Source of the DNA: a virus
Taxonomy: Duplodnaviria > Caudoviricetes
Strand: one strand, 5' to 3'
IMG/VR virus record: IMGVR_UViG_3300025608_000041
Coordinates: 1 to 39,868 of that record
Length of the DNA stretch: 39,868 nt
The notes beneath the pieces were generated by a model that saw nothing but the letters and a program-made list of their open reading frames with translations, did not search any database and was not told where the DNA came from. Positions 35,782 to 39,868 of this stretch are shown in pieces. Every line of letters starts with the position of its first letter. Positions within the stretch are counted from its first letter, which is position 1. Made by a program: the position numbers and the translations under genes.

Positions 35782-37494
35782 TTAGTATCCGAATGTTGAA
35801 TCTTGAGGCTGGAATGTGCTAGTCTTAATATCGTTCAAAGATTTTTGGATGGAGACATAGCCTGATGTGCGAGTCATCAACATATAACGTAGTGCGTCAT
35901 ATGCGTGATCTTCAGCTTTTGTATCGACATCTTCAGAATTTGACTTCGACAGTGGTATACCAGCTAGTTGTTTTATTGTGTTTGTACAGGTATTGAATAT
36001 TTTTAGAGTTGGTTCTCTCGTAAACTCGTTATCACCGAGACGGCGATGAATCTCCATTTTACCCTGAACACGAGCACGGTCGGAGGGTGTCCAACGACAT
36101 CCCATCCGTATCATGGTTTCAGCGATTGAGGGTCCGTAACCAGTACGGTTCCAACACGAAGAGTCGAGCACAGCATAGTGTGGAGTAGGATCGTACTCCT
36201 CCATCTCTAATATTTTAGCGGCCAATTGCTCTGCTGTAAAGTGTTTTACGTAAAGTTCCCTGTAAACCCATATGTTGTTGTCCCAATCGATTGCACCCCA
36301 GAGTACACACGAAGGGCTCGCATAACCGTAGTCAGCCGCACGGATACGGGGCCAATTGGTCGGTAATTCGTAAGGATCGACAACGTGCTTAAACTTGTTA
36401 AACTCGGGGAATGCACACCCCTCTGCGACATCCCAGTCTCCATCGAGGAGTCTTTTTCTCTCAGTTTCGGGGAGAGAGAGTAGCATGGCTTCGTACTGTC
36501 CGTCGGCCATGAGGAAGGGATTATCCGTGAGACGGGCCGGGACGAACTTACGCCAGTAGAGAGGTTTGCCGGCTTTAGCGTGACCATCGGGATAAACTAG
36601 CTGTTTCTCAGACTCGAGATCAGTCGGTACAAACGACTTACCGGGTTCTCCTTGGTCGATGTACATTTTCTTGACCCACCAGCCACCAACGCCGCCCGGG
36701 TTGGCAGTACATCGCATGGAGAGATTGGCAGAGAGCTCGGGGTCGGTTGACCGGAGACGAGAACGGAGATACTCCCAGACGTAAGGCGTAGGGTATTGTG
36801 TAACTTCGTCAATTGCGATCCAGTTAAAGGCTTGCCCCTGATATCGTGTAACATCTTTGTCTTTATCCAAGTACGAGAACCAGATAGTGGCCCCCGACGG
36901 AAAGACCCACGTAGACTTACTCTCGCGGAATACGGCACCGGGGAATGCTTTCGGGTAGAGTTGTTTTGATTTACTTATGAGTTCCGTTAACTCATCGAGA
37001 GTACGACGTAATAGAAGACCCCGGTGATTACCATTATGGCAATAACGTAGAGGATCAGCCAGTAGAGCAAAAGATTTTCCTCCTCCAGCCGCACCACCAT
37101 AGAGTACGTCCTGTTCAGGAGCCGAGAGAAACTCTTCCTGAGGTCCAGCATTGGGCTTAAATACAACTTCAGACTCGCCAACGAGTTCTCGAACTGCTTT
37201 CGGTAGTACATTCACGTCTCCTTGGTCGATTACACGTGACTTTTCACCCTTTAGGGCTGTTTCTACCTTCGAGGCGGCTTTAATTCTCTGGTTTGCTCGT
37301 TGATTTTGCTTCTGAGCGGCCGCTTTTTTACGTGCGGCCTCTTTTTTTGACCTAGTTATCGACGCTTGAGTTGCTCGACGGGCTTTTTCAGCCGTGGAGA
37401 GATGATAACGGCTTTTGGGTGCATTCGGGTCTTTTTTTGGGCGTCCGCGCTTCCGCTTTGGGGCGGGCGCGGCCGTGGTATCGTCGCTACTCAC
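35782..37494 (-). CDS. terL: Terminase large subunit
   Basis: Walker A GGAAGGGKS, Walker B IAIDE, coupling motif TANP, nuclease AADYG...DH..DALRY; GTG start. Confidence 0.95.
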   Translation of the reverse strand: MSSDDTTAAPAPKRKRGRPKKDPNAPKSRYHLSTAEKARRATQASITRSKKEAARKKAAAQKQNQRANQRIKAASKVETALKGEKSRVIDQGDVNVLPKAVRELVGESEVVFKPNAGPQEEFLSAPEQDVLYGGAAGGGKSFALLADPLRYCHNGNHRGLLLRRTLDELTELISKSKQLYPKAFPGAVFRESKSTWVFPSGATIWFSYLDKDKDVTRYQGQAFNWIAIDEVTQYPTPYVWEYLRSRLRSTDPELSANLSMRCTANPGGVGGWWVKKMYIDQGEPGKSFVPTDLESEKQLVYPDGHAKAGKPLYWRKFVPARLTDNPFLMADGQYEAMLLSLPETERKRLLDGDWDVAEGCAFPEFNKFKHVVDPYELPTNWPRIRAADYGYASPSCVLWGAIDWDNNIWVYRELYVKHFTAEQLAAKILEMEEYDPTPHYAVLDSSCWNRTGYGPSIAETMIRMGCRWTPSDRARVQGKMEIHRRLGDNEFTREPTLKIFNTCTNTIKQLAGIPLSKSNSEDVDTKAEDHAYDALRYMLMTRTSGYVSIQKSLNDIKTSTFQPQDSTFGY

Positions 37495-37894
37495 CGTGTT
37501 CTATGACCATCTCTTTCTTCGGCGGGAGTAATACCACGCCATGAATTGCGGTGACGTTATGATTGATGGTATCCTGCTTACCGAGTCCGACTCTGTTGAG
37601 GAGGGATTCAGCGGCTTGGAGGCGTATGTTATCTCCACGCTCAATTTCAGGTGCGTCGATAGTGGCAACCAGCTTATTTGCCGCCTTAATTGCACCCCCT
37701 GCGAGGATACTCCGTGATCTTTCGATGATTTCATCCGCGAGACTTTCCTTTAGGTAGCCTATTGATCCTTGAGAGTACCCGGATACTTCGCAGGCACGGC
37801 TAAAATTGCCGTTATTTTCAAAGAGTGCCTCGAGAAAACCCTTCTGCTTATCGGAGAGTTCTCTTTTCTTCTGTTGTTGGGGAAGGAGATTCAT
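37487..37894 (-). CDS. terS: Terminase small subunit
   Basis: LSDKQKGFLEALF..GN...ACEVSGYS helix-turn-helix, AAESLLNRVGLGK, VVLLPPK; directly upstream of terL. Confidence 0.85.
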   Translation of the reverse strand: MNLLPQQQKKRELSDKQKGFLEALFENNGNFSRACEVSGYSQGSIGYLKESLADEIIERSRSILAGGAIKAANKLVATIDAPEIERGDNIRLQAAESLLNRVGLGKQDTINHNVTAIHGVVLLPPKKEMVIEHGE

Positions 37895-37900
37895 GGGTGA

Positions 37901-37975
37901 TCATTCCTGTGGGGGAATAAATCCTCGGGGAGCATCCTCCGGTAGTCTTTCGTCGGGGTGACGCTGATTACTCAT
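37901..37975 (-). CDS. Putative 24-aa leader ORF upstream of terS
   Basis: GAGGA RBS upstream of the ATG; MSNQRHPDERLPEDAPRGFIPPQE; the stop lies 6 nt before the terS ATG. Confidence 0.5.
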   Translation of the reverse strand: MSNQRHPDERLPEDAPRGFIPPQE

Positions 37976-38099
37976 AGTTTTTCCTCGATAGGGAGATAAA
38001 AAAGGGGTGTTTCCACGTGTGGTTGTGAGACTCTTACGTTTAAAAGGGTTTTACAAGATTAAGTCGCTTCTCCGTACCACGTTGTTTCAACACAAGTTC

Positions 38100-38129
38100 A
38101 TTATGGGGGGCGGTAAAAAAGTTTGTCAA
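38100..38129 (-). promoter_or_regulatory. Sigma70-type promoter for the packaging/late operon
   Basis: TTGACA (38129-38124), 18 nt spacer, CATAAT (38105-38100); AT tract upstream. Confidence 0.7.
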
Positions 38130-38156
38130 TATAAAAAAAATATATTTCGCACCCTC

Positions 38157-38185
38157 TTGACGGGAGTATTTCTGGACAGTACAAT
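38157..38185 (+). promoter_or_regulatory. Sigma70-type promoter, divergent
   Basis: TTGACG (38157-38162), 17 nt spacer, TACAAT (38180-38185); A-tract (UP-element-like) at 38129-38147. Confidence 0.8.
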
Positions 38186-38191
38186 GGGATT

Positions 38192-38295
38192 GTAAGCCCG
38201 CGGGGGTAAACCCATATATTCTTCCCCGGTATCCCCAGCTTACCGCCTACCACCCGAGCCCTCGACAGTACCCCCTGCTGTCGGGGGTTTTTTTT
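38192..38295 (+). ncRNA. Candidate ~100-nt small RNA
   Basis: Bounded by a near-consensus promoter and a strong terminator; no ATG-initiated ORF; 5' stem GTAAGC/GCTTAC. Confidence 0.6.
38258..38295 (+). terminator. Rho-independent terminator
   Basis: GCCCTCGACAGTA-CCCCC-TGCTGTCGGGGGT followed by a T-run. Confidence 0.85.
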
Positions 38296-38308
38296 GGTTC
38301 CCCCGGTA

Positions 38309-38367
38309 CCCCGGTACCCCCGACGGTAAGCCGGCTGGCTCCCCGTTACCCCCAACGGTAAGCCGGC
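38309..38367. repeat. 27-bp direct repeat x2 (32-bp period), with a degenerate third copy at 38766-38788
   Basis: CCCCGGTACCCCCGACGGTAAGCCGGC (38309-38335) vs CCCCGTTACCCCCAACGGTAAGCCGGC (38341-38367), 25/27 identical. Confidence 0.85.
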
Positions 38368-38368
38368 A

Positions 38369-38390
38369 TGTGAAACACTCTGTGAAACAC
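38369..38390. repeat. 10-bp direct repeat TGTGAAACAC x2
   Basis: Copies at 38369-38378 and 38381-38390. Confidence 0.75.
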
Positions 38391-38793
38391 ACCCTAAAAT
38401 CCACAAAATTATGGGGAGATTGCTAGTGCTATACCCCTACCCCCCCGTGGCCCTAGCCCGCGCCCTCATTGGGGTCCATATTTTTATCCTCGGTGAAGCT
38501 CACCATACAGGCTCCCTAGGGTTTTCCTCGAGACCTAACCCTTAGCGTTCTTTTCCCCTTCCCTATTGGCGACACCATACGAAATTAGGTGGACCCTTTG
38601 ACGAAACATTCTGGGCAAACCCAGTGCAATACCGGTGGGATGTTCAAAAAGTAGACTGTCGGTCGGGGATTCTATAACCCCCACTGGACACCCCGAAAAA
38701 ACCCCAACACCAACAGCGGCAAGACCTCAGGTATTTTTCTGGGTTATCGGCAGTCAACCGGCGGACACCCCAAAGGTAGGCCGGCATGGGGAC

Positions 38794-38817
38794 AAAAAAA
38801 AGGGCCCCGAAGGGCCC
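38794..38817 (-). terminator. Terminator of the right-hand - strand gene block
   Basis: GGGCCC-TTCG-GGGCCC followed by T8. Confidence 0.9.
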
Positions 38818-38839
38818 GAAGAGGGAATGCTTTAGGGCC

Positions 38840-39052
38840 TTAGAGACCCTCGGATTTCCCGACGATAGCGGCGGTATCCATGCGGCCGAGAACACCGGCG
38901 AGGTCTTTCGCAAACTTCATCCGATTCTCTGAGACGTAAGCATCAATATGCCCGGTCTTTTCGTCGCGGGTTGCCCAACCAACAGTGTCGACAATGCGCT
39001 TCAGTTCGTTGAGTTGCTCGGCTGTGAAGTTCAAGGTTGTTTCAGTTTTCAT
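38840..39052 (-). CDS. Hypothetical protein
   Basis: 70 aa; RBS AAGGGG; ends before the terminator. Confidence 0.7.
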   Translation of the reverse strand: MKTETTLNFTAEQLNELKRIVDTVGWATRDEKTGHIDAYVSENRMKFAKDLAGVLGRMDTAAIVGKSEGL

Positions 39053-39063
39053 GTTCGATCCCC

Positions 39064-39498
39064 TTAGATCATAAAGTTTGTATTATCGCTGACCCCATCG
39101 GCCAGTGATTGAAGACTAACAACACCCCGTGATGTTTTCAAGTCCGCGATGCCATGATGGCGGCAGGTGTGCATCATCTGGGTGACTGTTGAGTCTTTGA
39201 CCCCGAGCAACCGAGCCACATGTTCGCGGTGCATCACGCCATACTCGTTCAGGATGGCTAGCATCCGGTAATGAGAAGAACAGAGGGAGCGACTGTCTTT
39301 CGATGGTTTGATGTCGTCGGCGGCGCGTACTAGATCAACGGCCTGATCCTTGTTGCTGACTGACTGGTCGTAGAGTCCATCCAGTTTCTCGACTAGGTCG
39401 CTCAAGAGTTCCTGCACCTTCTCGACGCGGTAGGTCGTTGCGTTGAGGTCGGTGCGTAGTGTGCCGAGGTCGGTCTTAAATTCGTTCAATGTTTTCAT
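39064..39498 (-). CDS. Coiled-coil + winged-HTH putative DNA-binding protein
   Basis: Likely start ATG 39498 (RBS AGGA). HYRMLAILNEYGVMHREHVARLLGVKDSTVTQMMHTCR resembles a helix-turn-helix. Confidence 0.7.
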   Translation of the reverse strand: MKTLNEFKTDLGTLRTDLNATTYRVEKVQELLSDLVEKLDGLYDQSVSNKDQAVDLVRAADDIKPSKDSRSLCSSHYRMLAILNEYGVMHREHVARLLGVKDSTVTQMMHTCRHHGIADLKTSRGVVSLQSLADGVSDNTNFMI

Positions 39499-39585
39499 GG
39501 TTTGATTCCTATCAAAAGATTTTCGCAAGTATTGCGAGTAAAACTACAATCATTAAGAAACGCCAAAGGGCCGCGAGTAATTCAG

Positions 39586-39867
39586 TCATGCGGCCTGTTC
39601 CAGTGCGAGCCAGTGTGGCGACTCGAGAACCTGACGCACCTTGGCTTCACGTTGGAGTCTGATCCGGTGCGGATTGGATTTTTCGCGGCCGGTCGTGAGT
39701 TCGGATACCGATCCATCCTCATTCTGGCGTTCCCATGTTTCGTCGACGTGGGTCGCCCAGTGGGTCAGGGCGTTGTAACCGGCCCACATACTCGAACCCA
39801 ATTCGCGCTGTTCCTCTTTGAATCGGTGGTTCATGTAGTCCAACAGACGGCCATTAACGCGGGTGGT
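39586..39867 (-). CDS. DUF932-like protein, C-terminal part (5' truncated)
   Basis: SMWAGYNALTHWATH matches the W..YNA.T...TH motif I recall for DUF932/DUF945 proteins. Confidence 0.65.
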   Translation of the reverse strand, partial: TTRVNGRLLDYMNHRFKEEQRELGSSMWAGYNALTHWATHVDETWERQNEDGSVSELTTGREKSNPHRIRLQREAKVRQVLESPHWLALEQAA

Positions 39868-39868
39868 C

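Noticed and set aside
38296-38390. Repeats as a mini CRISPR array
   Set aside because: Only two near-adjacent copies with a 5-nt gap, no spacer-length unique sequence and no cas genes.
38007-38390. parS-like sequences (TTTCCACGTG, CATGTGAAACA)
   Set aside because: Only half-site matches; no complete 16-bp palindrome and no parB in the window.
37976-38830. tRNA gene or attP with tRNA homology
   Set aside because: No cloverleaf or TTCGA T-loop/CCA arrangement found by eye; tRNAscan-SE would settle it.
38007-38913. ORF-track ORFs 38007-38195, 38101-38406, 38635-38835 and 38644-38913
   Set aside because: They run through promoters, terminators and repeats and have low-complexity translations; likely spurious.

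Overview
This window is about 40 kb of a tailed dsDNA bacteriophage genome with podovirus-type gene content. It resembles marine podoviruses, but that taxonomy is an impression and was not checked. The left end (+ strand, 1-3152) is the end of a nucleotide-metabolism module: the C-terminal part of class I ribonucleotide reductase alpha, RNR beta, a PD-(D/E)XK nuclease and small ORFs. Positions 3203-37975 (- strand) are one long morphogenesis/lysis region. In transcription order it encodes TerS, TerL, an unexpected 626-aa tyrosine-recombinase-domain protein, portal, a 551-aa protein, scaffold, major capsid, small basic proteins, a GH24 lysozyme, tail tubular proteins A and B, several fibre/adhesin genes, membrane proteins with a holin, and large putative internal (ejection) proteins. 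Positions 37976-38830 are non-coding and hold divergent sigma70-type promoters, a candidate ~100-nt sRNA, a structured leader, iteron-like repeats and a G-quadruplex motif. The right end carries - strand early-type genes (wHTH protein, DUF932-like protein). The best leads are: (1) the recombinase with a virion-protein-like tail placed between terL and portal; (2) a recurring M-x(0-2)-GG tag in several late proteins, plus a tape-measure-like 'GG...GE(F/V)V' module; (3) the promoter-to-terminator sRNA next to terS; (4) twin covarying hairpins in the scaffold leader. All calls come from reading motifs by eye; no database searches were run.
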